DNA of 64,000 bases from Candidatus Zixiibacteriota bacterium (GTDB taxonomy: Bacteria; Zixibacteria; MSB-5A5; GN15; JAAZOE01). Both the position numbers and the translations under genes were made by a program. The stretch is from positions 2,902 through 66,901 of the forward strand of contig DAOUTW010000013.1 in NCBI GenBank assembly GCA_030668485.1, read 5' to 3'. This document shows, one piece after another, positions 1 to 9,862 of the stretch. The notes below the pieces were generated by a model that saw only the letters and a list, made by a program, of their open reading frames with translations, did no database searches and had not been told where the DNA came from. Each line of letters starts with the position of its first letter. Position 1 is the stretch's first letter.

Positions 1-969
1 CGCATACTGGCCGCTGAAATGATAAAAGGTGAGGACGAAGGATATCGCCGCGAGGCTGATAAACCAGTGCACCCGGCGGTATTTGATGGCGGCTATCAGG
101 GCGATGATTATTATCAGCAACGATATGGCCGTGGGGATGGATATTATTTTATGCAGCGACGGCGAGAGTATCTCGGTGAATAATCGACCCAACCATTCCG
201 CATCGGGAAATCCGCGCCATAGCATGAAGGTCGAGGTGTGATACAGCCCTTTACTGTAAACCACATAAGCCTGATAGAAAAATAATGGAAGGGGCATGAG
301 AAACGAAACGACCATAATTAGCATACGACGCCATGATTTTCGAGTAATTAAATCATAGATGAAAGTCATACCGATCAGGAAGACATAAACAGGCGATATC
401 AAAAAGGCGACGCCCCAGAAAACAGATGCCACGGCGGCGCGGCGAAGGGAATCACCGGCCGTCAGATAAAACCACAACCCGATCATGTAGATGGGCAGGG
501 AAAAATAAAATGACGACGCCAGTAGAATATTGCGACTGCCCATGAATTCGATAATGAACATAATCAGCAATAATGTCGGCAGGGCGGTTTCCGGGCCGTA
601 AACACGAGCGATGATTTTATATCCGACCGTTATGAAAAGAATGACATTAACCAGTGTGATCAACACCAGAACAGTATCTATATTCAGCCCCAGCGAAGTC
701 AATCCGGCCAGAACGATATAGTAAAATGGCGGATGAAAAGTCTCATACCCGGTAATCGGATCGGTCAGGATATGGCCCTGCATGATCCACATGACTTTGG
801 CCTTGAGGTAATAGATGTCGGGGCTGTGAACAAACCAGGGCAGGCGATAATACAGCACCGGGGCGACAATCAGGCCGATCAGAATAATCAATATCCCGTT
901 TCGGAAGCGGGCCGATGTGATGATGGCATTAATTTCCCCAGTGTACTTGGGCATGGGCTTTATCTTCAT
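1..969 (-). CDS. Polytopic membrane protein, probable GT-C (ArnT/PMT-like) glycosyltransferase; 3' end runs off the window
   Basis: Hand translation of the minus strand from ATG 969 (or 954) is open to position 1: MKIKPMPKYTG...PWFVHSPDIYYLKAK...ETFHPPFYYIVL... with many hydrophobic helices. The D-x-Y-Y and HPP-x-YY loop motifs resemble GT-C enzymes. Absent from the supplied ORF track. Confidence 0.6.
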   Translation of the reverse strand, partial: MKIKPMPKYTGEINAIITSARFRNGILIILIGLIVAPVLYYRLPWFVHSPDIYYLKAKVMWIMQGHILTDPITGYETFHPPFYYIVLAGLTSLGLNIDTVLVLITLVNVILFITVGYKIIARVYGPETALPTLLLIMFIIEFMGSRNILLASSFYFSLPIYMIGLWFYLTAGDSLRRAAVASVFWGVAFLISPVYVFLIGMTFIYDLITRKSWRRMLIMVVSFLMPLPLFFYQAYVVYSKGLYHTSTFMLWRGFPDAEWLGRLFTEILSPSLHKIISIPTAISLLIIIIALIAAIKYRRVHWFISLAAISFVLTFYHFSGQYA

Positions 970-1169
970 TTGGAGTCGAATTTTATTTTCCAATATATAT
1001 AATGCGAGCATCGGTGGCAAGATATACGGTAGATATTGTCAGAGCATAATGGAAATCTCTCCTCCGACCATATCCCTCGGACTTTTGGAATTTAATATAA
1101 TATTGCTCCCCACACAGTTACCGGGTACCACTCAGTGGCAGAAGGTCGAAGCAGGATCAGTTATTGTGA

Positions 1170-1198
1170 TTGACTTTTCCCAATGCAGCTTTTATCCT
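1170..1198 (+). promoter_or_regulatory. Putative sigma70 promoter for the Fe-S gene
   Basis: TTGACT-17 nt-TATCCT, about 70 nt upstream of ATG 1267. Confidence 0.4.
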
Positions 1199-1266
1199 GA
1201 TTACAGTAATGTCGATAACGCTAACGCCCATTGCATATTTCTCAAGGGAAAGGATGAATTCATAAA

Positions 1267-2322
1267 ATGATTGATCAGGCATATGAACGGCTGGCCGAGG
1301 CGCTGGACAGGCTGCCCAACGGCTTCCCCCGTACTCCCTCGAATGTCGAAATCCCCCTCCTGAAGAGAATTTTCAGCCCCGAAGAGGCCTCGCTGTCTGC
1401 GTATCTGGGGCGAGAGATGGAACCGGCGGCTGCGATTGCCGAGCGAGCCGATATGCCGCTTGACGCCGCAAGCGCAACCCTCATTGGTTTGGCCAAGCGA
1501 GGTATATTGTGGTATGATAAACAAGACGGCATCCGCCGTTTCCGCCTCGCCCCTTTTGTGGTAGGCATATATGAGGCCCAACTTTATCAGATGGACGAGG
1601 AACTGGCCGGTCTGGCCGAGCAGTATTTTGTGGATGGCGGAGCGGTCGGAATTATGAGGCCCGACCCGGCCCTTCATCGGGTAATACCGACACAGGGATC
1701 GGTCAATGCTGAATGGATATTGCCGTATGACGACGTTCGGAATATTCTGATGGCGGCCAAATCATACAGCGTCCGCGATTGCATTTGCCGGGTGCAGCGG
1801 GCACAATTGGGACATCCCTGCGACTACCCCCTCAAGGTCTGCCTCATATTCAGGCCGAGCATGGGCGCGCCCGGACAGGATGATATCTCGCAAGAAGAGG
1901 CTCTGGCTATCCTCGACAAATCCGAAAAGGCCGGCCTGGTCCACACTGTCAACAATGTTGCCGAGGGCGTATATTATGTCTGCAATTGCTGCGGCTGCTG
2001 CTGCGCCTTCCTCCGGGGTATCAACGAATGGGGGATTGAGAAGACGCTGGGGGTTGCCAACTACTATGCCGCCATCGATCCCGATACATGCCAGAACTGC
2101 GGAACCTGTATCGAAAGATGTCAGGTCAATGCCATTACCGAGGATGATGGTATATCGGTTGTCGATCGCGCCAAATGCATCGGATGTGGCCTGTGCGTCA
2201 CCGAATGTCCTGATGAAGCTGTCCAACTCATGCTGAAACCGGATGCCGAAATTATCCATCCCCCCGAGAATTTTCCCGCATGGGAACAGCAACGGCTACG
2301 CAACCGGGGCATGACGGAATAA
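1267..2322 (+). CDS. 4Fe-4S dicluster-domain protein with N-terminal HTH-like region
   Basis: Two CxxCxxCxxxCP-type ferredoxin motifs (CQNCGTCIERC, CIGCGLCVTECP), plus CNCCGCCC and CICR motifs. Confidence 0.85.
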   Translation: MIDQAYERLAEALDRLPNGFPRTPSNVEIPLLKRIFSPEEASLSAYLGREMEPAAAIAERADMPLDAASATLIGLAKRGILWYDKQDGIRRFRLAPFVVGIYEAQLYQMDEELAGLAEQYFVDGGAVGIMRPDPALHRVIPTQGSVNAEWILPYDDVRNILMAAKSYSVRDCICRVQRAQLGHPCDYPLKVCLIFRPSMGAPGQDDISQEEALAILDKSEKAGLVHTVNNVAEGVYYVCNCCGCCCAFLRGINEWGIEKTLGVANYYAAIDPDTCQNCGTCIERCQVNAITEDDGISVVDRAKCIGCGLCVTECPDEAVQLMLKPDAEIIHPPENFPAWEQQRLRNRGMTE

Positions 2323-2343
2323 TATATTTTATGCACAACATCG

Positions 2344-2372
2344 AAGCGCTTGATATGACCGGCGCTTTTTTT
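2344..2372 (+). terminator. Intrinsic terminator
   Basis: AAGCGC/GCGCTT stem followed by a T-run, just after the Fe-S gene stop. Confidence 0.5.
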
Positions 2373-2465
2373 CAATATGAAATTGACTGGGGGATACTCC
2401 AATAGGTGACATGGAGTTGCAGAATGTGTGCCTAAACCTGGCGCCAAAAGACCTGGGGCACCAGG

Positions 2466-4967
2466 TTACTTGATAATCACCAACTTGCCCAACTGCTCGC
2501 CCATCTCCGAACGGACCGACCAGATATAAATACCGGTTGTAATCGCCTGCGTGTTGCGACTGATAACATTCCATTCTTCATGCTGAGATTCCGGCCCGCC
2601 CTCGGGACAATAATGTTTGATTTCCCGCACCAAGTCGCCGCTGACGGTGTAAATACGGATCGTGCATATCTTCGGCAGATTGATAAAATGTATCCGCCGC
2701 GCCCACTGGGCCGCTTTCGATCGATCCCGGTTTTCGTATCCGGCACGGGCATACCCGTCGTCGATCCGATACGGATTGGGATAGACGATCACCTCCAATC
2801 CCTGCTCCTCGACAACATCCGATGACGGCAGAGGAAATTCCCGCACGGCATTGGCCAGCGGCGATGTTTCCAGCGCCCCGATATTATACTGCGACGAACC
2901 GTAATCGAAGGCCGTTACCGAGAAGTAATACGCTTTCGACGGTTGTAGATTGTCGATGGTGTATTCGTATTCGTAATAGCGATGCCAGCCCTCCTCGGTC
3001 AGGTCATGCAGATCGTTCAAATCGGCATTGGGGTAAACCTTATGGATACCCAGGGGATTGTTGACGTCGGAATGATTCCAATCCTGTTGGCGAAAGAAGA
3101 ATATTCTGCTGCTGTAATAGTCGAGGAAATAATGGAATTCATCATAGTACTGACTGAAATCGAAATCTGGACCGTAAATGGAGCGCAGGCTGTCGGTTTT
3201 GGCCGAGTAGTTGATTATTTCCCACCGGCGCTTGGCCGGCAGATATTCATACACAAAATAATCATCAATGTCATATGACCGCAGTATGACAAAATCGGAC
3301 AACCGATCATCCTCGGCCATATAGACGCGGTATCCCTCGAAGTCGATCTCCCCCGATAGATTATCCGGCACAAGTTCGACAGCCTGTCCGTTCCAGCGGA
3401 TCGTCACTTTGCCGTGATCCGGAATTACACGTATTACCGGAGGAGGTGGAGGAGACATCGGCCGCCAGTCAGGAAGCCCGTCACCGGTGTAATAGTATTT
3501 AAACGAATCGACGGCAACGCTATCGTCGACGCCATTGTCGGTGGTGTCGCGCCAGGTTCTTTGCCAGCAGAATTCACCGGCATAACCGTCGTTGTCGGTA
3601 TCGAATCCCGGATTGTCATAAACCCATTTAGCAACACGCGCATTTTGGATGAGGTCGGAGAAATCGAGTTTTTCCTCATAGGCTGGCGGAACCAGGGCAT
3701 TGAAAGTGGTCTCATACGCGCTCGGATCGGTGTGAAAATTGTCACCCATGACAATGGCGATAGTAAACTCAGTCGAAGCACCCGCAGGCAAATCGATCGG
3801 TCCGAACGATAGTACGTTCACTGTCTTTGAACCGTCGGCGATATCCCAGGCCACTATCCGCGTCGGCGGCGGCAAAAAGCCTTCCCCCGTGTGGTCAATG
3901 GCCGTCCACATCTGATCGTAATCAATTTCCGGATGGGACAGCAGATAATATCTGTTGCAATCCCCCTGGGGGTTGGTCAGATCGGGTCCGATCTCGCGAA
4001 AGGGATCATCGTCGGTCGGCGCCAACCGGGGCGCATACTGGTATTCATACGCGAAGCTATATAAATCCGTCCACCAGTTAAAATTCACCCGGTCACATTC
4101 GTCGGGATAGTCGATCAATTGTATGGCGGCTACCGCAGTCGGCGAGGCAAAATCGTAGTTGCCCTGTTCATTGGGCGAACCGTCGTTGTCGGCAAACCAC
4201 ATGAGATTGAGAGTATCCTGATCGATACACACATTGGCCTGATCGGGAGCAGTCTGAATAAAGCCCGAGATGCCGTTGCATTCATACGGTTCAATCCGAG
4301 CCGGGTGGAATACAAACGCCTTGGTCACCAATCCGATAAACATGCGACGGATATCGTTATTACCGATATTCTGCACGTTATAATGCACAAGAACAAAGTC
4401 CTCCGTATAGCCTATGCCCCACGCATAACTTGACTGAGTGATATCAATGTTTAGCGGTATATGCGGTCGATTATCGAATGGGTCTTCAGTTTCCGGGATG
4501 ATTGTATCAGTATAGCGGGCGATAAAATCCTGGTCCGAGATCCCCCCCTTGGCATAATTCGGATTAGTCACTATGGCCGACACATACTCGATGGCTCCGG
4601 CGATGCCCGAATCAGGGAGGAATTCATGAGACCAGCAGATCCCATAGCCGTTGACGTTTGAAACCAGCGTGTCTCGTCCGATGATCCCGCCAATCCATAG
4701 GCCGCAGGTTCTGAAATAATCGATCTCCGAATTTATTGGGTATTCGCTGCCGGGGATTCCATTGGCAATGTTAGCGTCGGCAACCTGTCCGCGATTGGTT
4801 GCTCCCGCACACAATTTTCCGACATTATGCTGGGCCCATTCAAAGTGGGGGAGATATTCCAGGGCATCGACGGGCTGAACCGGGCGTTTCGCTGCCAATA
4901 CGGATGACAGCGAGAGGGCAAGTATGATTGGTATACGAATTAAGCAAATCATGAAAGCCGCTTCCAA
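2466..4967 (-). CDS. Large secreted protein with C-terminal YPNP-type (T9SS-CTD/FlgD-like) domain
   Basis: N-terminal signal peptide; FN3-like segment (PPPPVIRV...VTIRW); C-terminus VYPNPY...IRIYTVSGDLVREI...GIYIWSV...GKLVIIK. Start may be ATG 4952. Confidence 0.75.
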   Translation of the reverse strand: MEAAFMICLIRIPIILALSLSSVLAAKRPVQPVDALEYLPHFEWAQHNVGKLCAGATNRGQVADANIANGIPGSEYPINSEIDYFRTCGLWIGGIIGRDTLVSNVNGYGICWSHEFLPDSGIAGAIEYVSAIVTNPNYAKGGISDQDFIARYTDTIIPETEDPFDNRPHIPLNIDITQSSYAWGIGYTEDFVLVHYNVQNIGNNDIRRMFIGLVTKAFVFHPARIEPYECNGISGFIQTAPDQANVCIDQDTLNLMWFADNDGSPNEQGNYDFASPTAVAAIQLIDYPDECDRVNFNWWTDLYSFAYEYQYAPRLAPTDDDPFREIGPDLTNPQGDCNRYYLLSHPEIDYDQMWTAIDHTGEGFLPPPTRIVAWDIADGSKTVNVLSFGPIDLPAGASTEFTIAIVMGDNFHTDPSAYETTFNALVPPAYEEKLDFSDLIQNARVAKWVYDNPGFDTDNDGYAGEFCWQRTWRDTTDNGVDDSVAVDSFKYYYTGDGLPDWRPMSPPPPPVIRVIPDHGKVTIRWNGQAVELVPDNLSGEIDFEGYRVYMAEDDRLSDFVILRSYDIDDYFVYEYLPAKRRWEIINYSAKTDSLRSIYGPDFDFSQYYDEFHYFLDYYSSRIFFFRQQDWNHSDVNNPLGIHKVYPNADLNDLHDLTEEGWHRYYEYEYTIDNLQPSKAYYFSVTAFDYGSSQYNIGALETSPLANAVREFPLPSSDVVEEQGLEVIVYPNPYRIDDGYARAGYENRDRSKAAQWARRIHFINLPKICTIRIYTVSGDLVREIKHYCPEGGPESQHEEWNVISRNTQAITTGIYIWSVRSEMGEQLGKLVIIK

Positions 4968-5111
4968 TAATTATTATAATCGTTCGCGATACCAGCCTGA
5001 GATATAACTTCGACAATATTATCGACGTTGTCAAGACGTTTTCTGTTTATTAAGAAAGGCCAGGAGCCAAAAAGTTCCCGACCTTCGAGTTTGTATTATT
5101 GAGATTATGTC

Positions 5112-5933
5112 TTACAGGCGTTCGACGACGCCGGCAATTATGTTGCGGAGGTTCGGCTCGGCCTTGTTGGCAGTGGCGATGATCCGCTCCAGACTACAGG
5201 CTTCCAGCGCATCGGGCAGACCCATGTCGGTGATTATCGACATCCCCAGCACCCTCGTCCCTTGATGACGCGCCACGATCACCTCCGGCACGGTCGACAT
5301 CCCGACCACATCGGCCCCGAGGATGCGCAGGAAACGATATTCGGCGGCGGTTTCCAGGTTCGGCCCGGCGACTGAAACATAGACCCCTTTCTTCATCGGA
5401 ATCTTCAGTTCGAGCGCAACCTCTTCGGACAGTTTGACCAGGTCTTTGTCGTAGCAGTTGTACATATCCGGAAAACGGACACCGAGGCGGTCGTCGTTTT
5501 CACCTATCAATGGGTTGTAGCCGAGAAGATTGATATGGTCGGTGATCGCCATGACATCGCCCCCCTTGAAAAGCGGATTGAGTCCGCCGCAGGCGTTGGA
5601 GACGATCAAAGTATCGATACCGAGATATTTCATCACCCGCACCGGGAAGGTGATCTTCTTCATGTCGTAGCCTTCGTAATAATGAAAGCGTCCCTGCATC
5701 GCCACCACCGGTTTGCCCTTGAGCATTCCGAATAACAACCGTCCTTTGTGCGATTCGACGGTGGAGACGGGAAAATTGGGGATGGTATCGTAATCGATAG
5801 TGGTATGCACATCGATTCCGTCGGCGAGCGATCCGAGGCCGGTGCCGAGAATGATTCCCACTTGCGGTGTCAGATCGATTTTGTCTTTGATAAATTTGAC
5901 CGATTCCATGATCTTGTCATAGATGTATTCCAT
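5112..5933 (-). CDS. punA: Purine-nucleoside phosphorylase (trimeric family)
   Basis: GIILGTGLG, MQGRFHYYEGY, VGMSTVPE motifs. Confidence 0.95.
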   Translation of the reverse strand: MEYIYDKIMESVKFIKDKIDLTPQVGIILGTGLGSLADGIDVHTTIDYDTIPNFPVSTVESHKGRLLFGMLKGKPVVAMQGRFHYYEGYDMKKITFPVRVMKYLGIDTLIVSNACGGLNPLFKGGDVMAITDHINLLGYNPLIGENDDRLGVRFPDMYNCYDKDLVKLSEEVALELKIPMKKGVYVSVAGPNLETAAEYRFLRILGADVVGMSTVPEVIVARHQGTRVLGMSIITDMGLPDALEACSLERIIATANKAEPNLRNIIAGVVERL

Positions 5934-5936
5934 CGA

Positions 5937-6671
5937 TTAATCCTCGCTAAGTTGTTCCTTGAGATTTTTCCATTCATCGTCATCGGAGGCGTCGCCCGCC
6001 GGCGGGGCAGGGTTTTCTTCCGCTACCTGATTATCCGGCGGATTTTCATCATGCGAATGTTCCTGAGTTTCGGGCGGTGCCTCGTCAACATGCATTTCCG
6101 GAGCCTCGCTTAGATCCGGCGGCGGTTCGGGAGGACGATACTCAGGTCTTTTTGGCATGTCCGGCGACTTAGGCGTTTCATCCTCTTCGTCCTCGGCCAT
6201 CGCCCGATCAATCATTTCCGCTTGAGCCGCTACGAGGTGCTTGAGCTGGGTCAGGTAATTACTGCGGATAAAGCGGATTTTGTTGATATCGTTGACCAGT
6301 TTGCCCATGCGCCGATGCATATCGGCAATGACCTCATCGCGCAGGTTTTGAGCTTCCTGGATAATAAGGTCTTTCTCTTTTTCGGCAGAGGCGATGGTAA
6401 ACTCGGCCTCTTTCTTTGCGACACCGATGGTCGATTCGGAATTTTTCTGGGCTTCGATGACAGCCGCTTTGAGCGTTTCCTCGAGTTCAATCAAATTTTT
6501 CAGCCGGTCACTGAGATGCTTGTTTTCCTCTGTCAGTTTCAGACCTTCGGCTCGCGCCTCCTCCAGCGCGTTGGCGGCCAGTTCACGAAACACCTCGACA
6601 TCATCGGGGTTGTAACCCCGGAACTTGATTTCGAACTGCTGCTGACGCAGATCATTGGGAGTCGTTTCCAT
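5937..6671 (-). CDS. divIVA: DivIVA domain protein with acidic/Pro-rich tail
   Basis: TPNDLRQQQFEIKFRGYNPDDVE N-terminal motif followed by coiled coil. Confidence 0.9.
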   Translation of the reverse strand: METTPNDLRQQQFEIKFRGYNPDDVEVFRELAANALEEARAEGLKLTEENKHLSDRLKNLIELEETLKAAVIEAQKNSESTIGVAKKEAEFTIASAEKEKDLIIQEAQNLRDEVIADMHRRMGKLVNDINKIRFIRSNYLTQLKHLVAAQAEMIDRAMAEDEEDETPKSPDMPKRPEYRPPEPPPDLSEAPEMHVDEAPPETQEHSHDENPPDNQVAEENPAPPAGDASDDDEWKNLKEQLSED

Positions 6672-6707
6672 AATTATCTTCCCGGTTTATACGCTTGTTT
6701 TCTTTTT

Positions 6708-7403
6708 CTACCTGGCGCCGAAAATGGCGGTGCCGACCCGCACCATAGTGGAACCACATTCGACTGCCAGCTCATGATCGGACGACATACCCATCGACAA
6801 CACTGTTATTCCCATTCCCAGTTGTTTTTGCATATTGTCAAACGTCTGACGGGTAAAATCGAACGTTTTTTTTATACATCCAACGTTTGTCGTCCATGGT
6901 CCGATGGTCATCAACCCGCAGAGGTTGATCCCCGGCAGTGTTATAATCTTATCGGCGGCTCGCATTGTTTCCTCCGGCGGAAAACCGAATTTGCTTTCTT
7001 CACCCGAGGAATTCATTTCGATCAGGCAATCGATTATTTTGTTAATTCTGACCGCTTCTTCGGAGACTTTTTCGGCCAGACCGACCGAATCGATCGACTG
7101 GATGAGGTCGAAATAGCGAACCGCTTTTTTTGCTTTATTCGACTGCAGATGGCCGATCAGGTGCCATCTCGCAATTGCTCCAAGCTGGTCGATTTTTGGC
7201 GCCGCTTCCTGAATCCGGCTTTCGCCGATATCAGTTGCGCCAGCCGCAACGGCGGCTTCGACAGCCTCCACCGGAAAGGTTTTGGATACCGCCACCAGAG
7301 TGATATCCTGCTGAACTCGTCCGGCCCGGTTCGCGGCCTGATCAATCCTGGCCCTCACAGCCTTCAAATTCGCTGCAATTTGGGCTGAGTCTATTTCATG
7401 CAC
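6708..7403 (-). CDS. yggS: YggS/PLPBP pyridoxal phosphate homeostasis protein
   Basis: LVAVSKT, WHLIGHLQSNK, LSMGMSSD, VRVGTAIFG motifs. Confidence 0.95.
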   Translation of the reverse strand: MHEIDSAQIAANLKAVRARIDQAANRAGRVQQDITLVAVSKTFPVEAVEAAVAAGATDIGESRIQEAAPKIDQLGAIARWHLIGHLQSNKAKKAVRYFDLIQSIDSVGLAEKVSEEAVRINKIIDCLIEMNSSGEESKFGFPPEETMRAADKIITLPGINLCGLMTIGPWTTNVGCIKKTFDFTRQTFDNMQKQLGMGITVLSMGMSSDHELAVECGSTMVRVGTAIFGAR

Positions 7404-7606
7404 AACAGGTTGATAATAGAGTTGATCAACGCCGGGCGCAACTAAAATCGCTTGCCTTTGCCCCTGCCGCAGGCACTTGCGAGAGATCCCCCATTATCCT
7501 CGACATGATTCACATATGGATGCAAATTCTCTATTTATGCAATGTGTATTGCAATTCCTCCCTGGTTTAGCTATTTTGCGATTCAACCTATGAGTGGATT
7601 TCAGGA

Positions 7607-9805
7607 TTGGGGATTTCTGTGCCAATAATTCTTACTGTTTTGTCTCTTACCCTTCTGGTAGCTTTTCCGACAATTTTATGGGCCACCCGGAGACGTTGGC
7701 TGCCGAGGGTCAAGAGTGAACTTGAAGCTCACACCGAAATCATCGACAATCTCCCCTTAGGGCAGCTCTGGATCTGGATAGGTCTTGCGGCAGGAGTGGG
7801 GCTGTATGCTGAATTAATGATTATTCGGATGCACAGCTCGTTTTTCCAATTATTCGCCTATTTCAAGAATGTAAGCCTGCTGTCATGCTTTTTGGGGCTG
7901 GGAATCGGGTATGTTCGAGGTCCGCGGAAGCCGGTGATGACTCCCATAGTCATGCCGCTGCTGGCCTTCCAGATTATTATCTTGTATCTGCTTCGTTTCA
8001 GTTCGGTCGCTTCATGGCTCCACAATCCTATTTCAGAGACAAGCGCCTTTGGGTTTGGCGGGGCTTCTGAGTTATGGCATTTCAGCACCGTTTATGCTTT
8101 TCTGATTATCATTTTTGCCCTGAATGCCATCTGCTTCATACCCCTGGGCCATCTGGCGTCGCGTCTCATGATGCGCCGCGAGAAACTTGCCTCCTACAGT
8201 TGGAATTTGATCGGATCTCTGGCAGGGATAGTCCTTTTTTCGGCAATCTCATTTGCCTGGGCGCCTCCCTGGATCTGGGTATTGATCTGTGTCGCAGGAT
8301 TGTGCTTGTTTCTGTACCGACGCGCTGGGCATCTTATCCCATCCGTCGCAGCTGCGGCGATTTTATTGGTGATGTTTGCAATTCCGTTTAGAACCGGCAT
8401 TGTCGATATCTATTCGCCGTATCAGATTCTGTCAGTCATTTTCAATGATGACCGGCCGCCGGAGATAATGGCGTGCAATACCTTTCATCAAAATATCTTC
8501 GATTTACGCGATGAGAACATAGAGGGCGATGAGGTTCTGGAGCATTGGTCGGCCTATTATGGAATGCCGTATATTTTCAAGCCTGCGCCTCAGGATGTCC
8601 TCATTCTCGGTAGTGGTACCGGCAATGATGTCGCCGCCGCAATCAGGCACGGAGCCGGCCATATTGACGCGGTGGAAATCGATCCGGCGATAATGGATTG
8701 CGGGATAAGATGGCATCCTGAGCAACCATACCAGGCCCGCAATGTAAATCCGGTTGTCGATGATGCCCGTTCCTATATTAAACATACTCGCAAAAAATAT
8801 GATTTGATCGCTTACGGCCTGGTGGATTCGCATTCCCTGCTATCCGGCAAGGCCGGCGGAGTCCGGCTTGACAGTTATGTATATACGGTGGAAGGTTTTC
8901 GAGAAGCTCGCAAAAAACTAAAACCGGACGGACTGATCTGCCTGAGTTTCTGCGTGATAAAACCTGAATTGGGCCGAAAGCTCTACCTGATGCTTGAGGA
9001 AGCATTTGACGGTAATTCCCCGCTGGCGTTTCAGGCAGACAACGACGCCAGTATTTGCTTTGTTATAGGCGAGCAAATGCAGAAGGGTGCCATAAGTACC
9101 CCCCGCAGAATTAATGAAATAACGCATTTCATGAATAATCCCCGCATTAAGACTGATATATCAACCGACGACTGGCCGTTTTTCTATATGCCCACCAGGA
9201 AATACCCGGTCTCATACGTGCTGATGATAATCATTCTTACCATTGTTTCATTGATCTTTGTGCGAACACTTGCTCCCGGATCAGGCGGGGGTTTTTCAAT
9301 TCCTTGTTTTTTTCTTGGCGCCGGGTTTATGCTGGTCGAAACCAAGAGTATCACCGAGCTTGCTCTGGTTTACGGCAGTACCTGGATGGTTATCAGCGTG
9401 GTTGTGGGTGCTATTCTCATTATGGCCTTTCTGGCTAATCTACTGATCATCAGGATTGGTCCACCGCGCTCGACGATTACATATTCGTTATTGGCAGTCT
9501 CTCTGGCCGCCGGTTTTGGCCTGTCATTTATCGGGTTTGGAGACCTCCCGCCCTGGGCCAATCGATTGATTATGACGATACTGCTAACTCTGCCGCTGTT
9601 TTTCTCCGGCTTTGCTTTTTCATCCGAGCTAAAAAAATCGGCCTCCGTGGCGATCGCTCTGTCGTCTAATCTGCTGGGAGCCATGCTTGGGGGCTTTCTT
9701 GAATATAATGCTATGTATTTCGGGTATCGCTCTCTCTATATTCTGGCTCTGGTTATGTATGGATTAGCATTTTGGGGATCGATGAGGGGTAAAAAGCTCG
9801 CTTAG
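7607..9805 (+). CDS. Membrane-embedded spermidine-synthase-like SAM-dependent transferase
   Basis: Multiple TM helices flanking a Rossmann domain with VLILGSGTGND, AVEIDP, DDARSY motifs; TTG start. Confidence 0.75.
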   Translation: MGISVPIILTVLSLTLLVAFPTILWATRRRWLPRVKSELEAHTEIIDNLPLGQLWIWIGLAAGVGLYAELMIIRMHSSFFQLFAYFKNVSLLSCFLGLGIGYVRGPRKPVMTPIVMPLLAFQIIILYLLRFSSVASWLHNPISETSAFGFGGASELWHFSTVYAFLIIIFALNAICFIPLGHLASRLMMRREKLASYSWNLIGSLAGIVLFSAISFAWAPPWIWVLICVAGLCLFLYRRAGHLIPSVAAAAILLVMFAIPFRTGIVDIYSPYQILSVIFNDDRPPEIMACNTFHQNIFDLRDENIEGDEVLEHWSAYYGMPYIFKPAPQDVLILGSGTGNDVAAAIRHGAGHIDAVEIDPAIMDCGIRWHPEQPYQARNVNPVVDDARSYIKHTRKKYDLIAYGLVDSHSLLSGKAGGVRLDSYVYTVEGFREARKKLKPDGLICLSFCVIKPELGRKLYLMLEEAFDGNSPLAFQADNDASICFVIGEQMQKGAISTPRRINEITHFMNNPRIKTDISTDDWPFFYMPTRKYPVSYVLMIIILTIVSLIFVRTLAPGSGGGFSIPCFFLGAGFMLVETKSITELALVYGSTWMVISVVVGAILIMAFLANLLIIRIGPPRSTITYSLLAVSLAAGFGLSFIGFGDLPPWANRLIMTILLTLPLFFSGFAFSSELKKSASVAIALSSNLLGAMLGGFLEYNAMYFGYRSLYILALVMYGLAFWGSMRGKKLA

Positions 9806-9811
9806 CCAAAA

Positions 9812-9840
9812 AAACGGCCGGGGCACAACTCCGGCCGTTT
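9812..9840. terminator. Bidirectional terminator between convergent genes
   Basis: AAACGGCCGG/CCGGCCGTTT perfect 10-bp stem with A-run before. Confidence 0.7.
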
Positions 9841-9862
9841 GATTGAAACGCTGAAACAAAAT

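Noticed and set aside
917-1270. 117-aa ORF whose stop overlaps the Fe-S gene start
   Set aside because: No recognisable motif, overlaps the divergent GT-C gene start and contains the likely promoter of the next gene.
6222-7388. Long antisense or alternate-frame ORFs (e.g. 6222-7388, 9839-10564, 26409-27191, 39784-40698, 54188-55048)
   Set aside because: They shadow well-supported genes on the opposite strand and show no motifs; expected from codon bias at this GC content.
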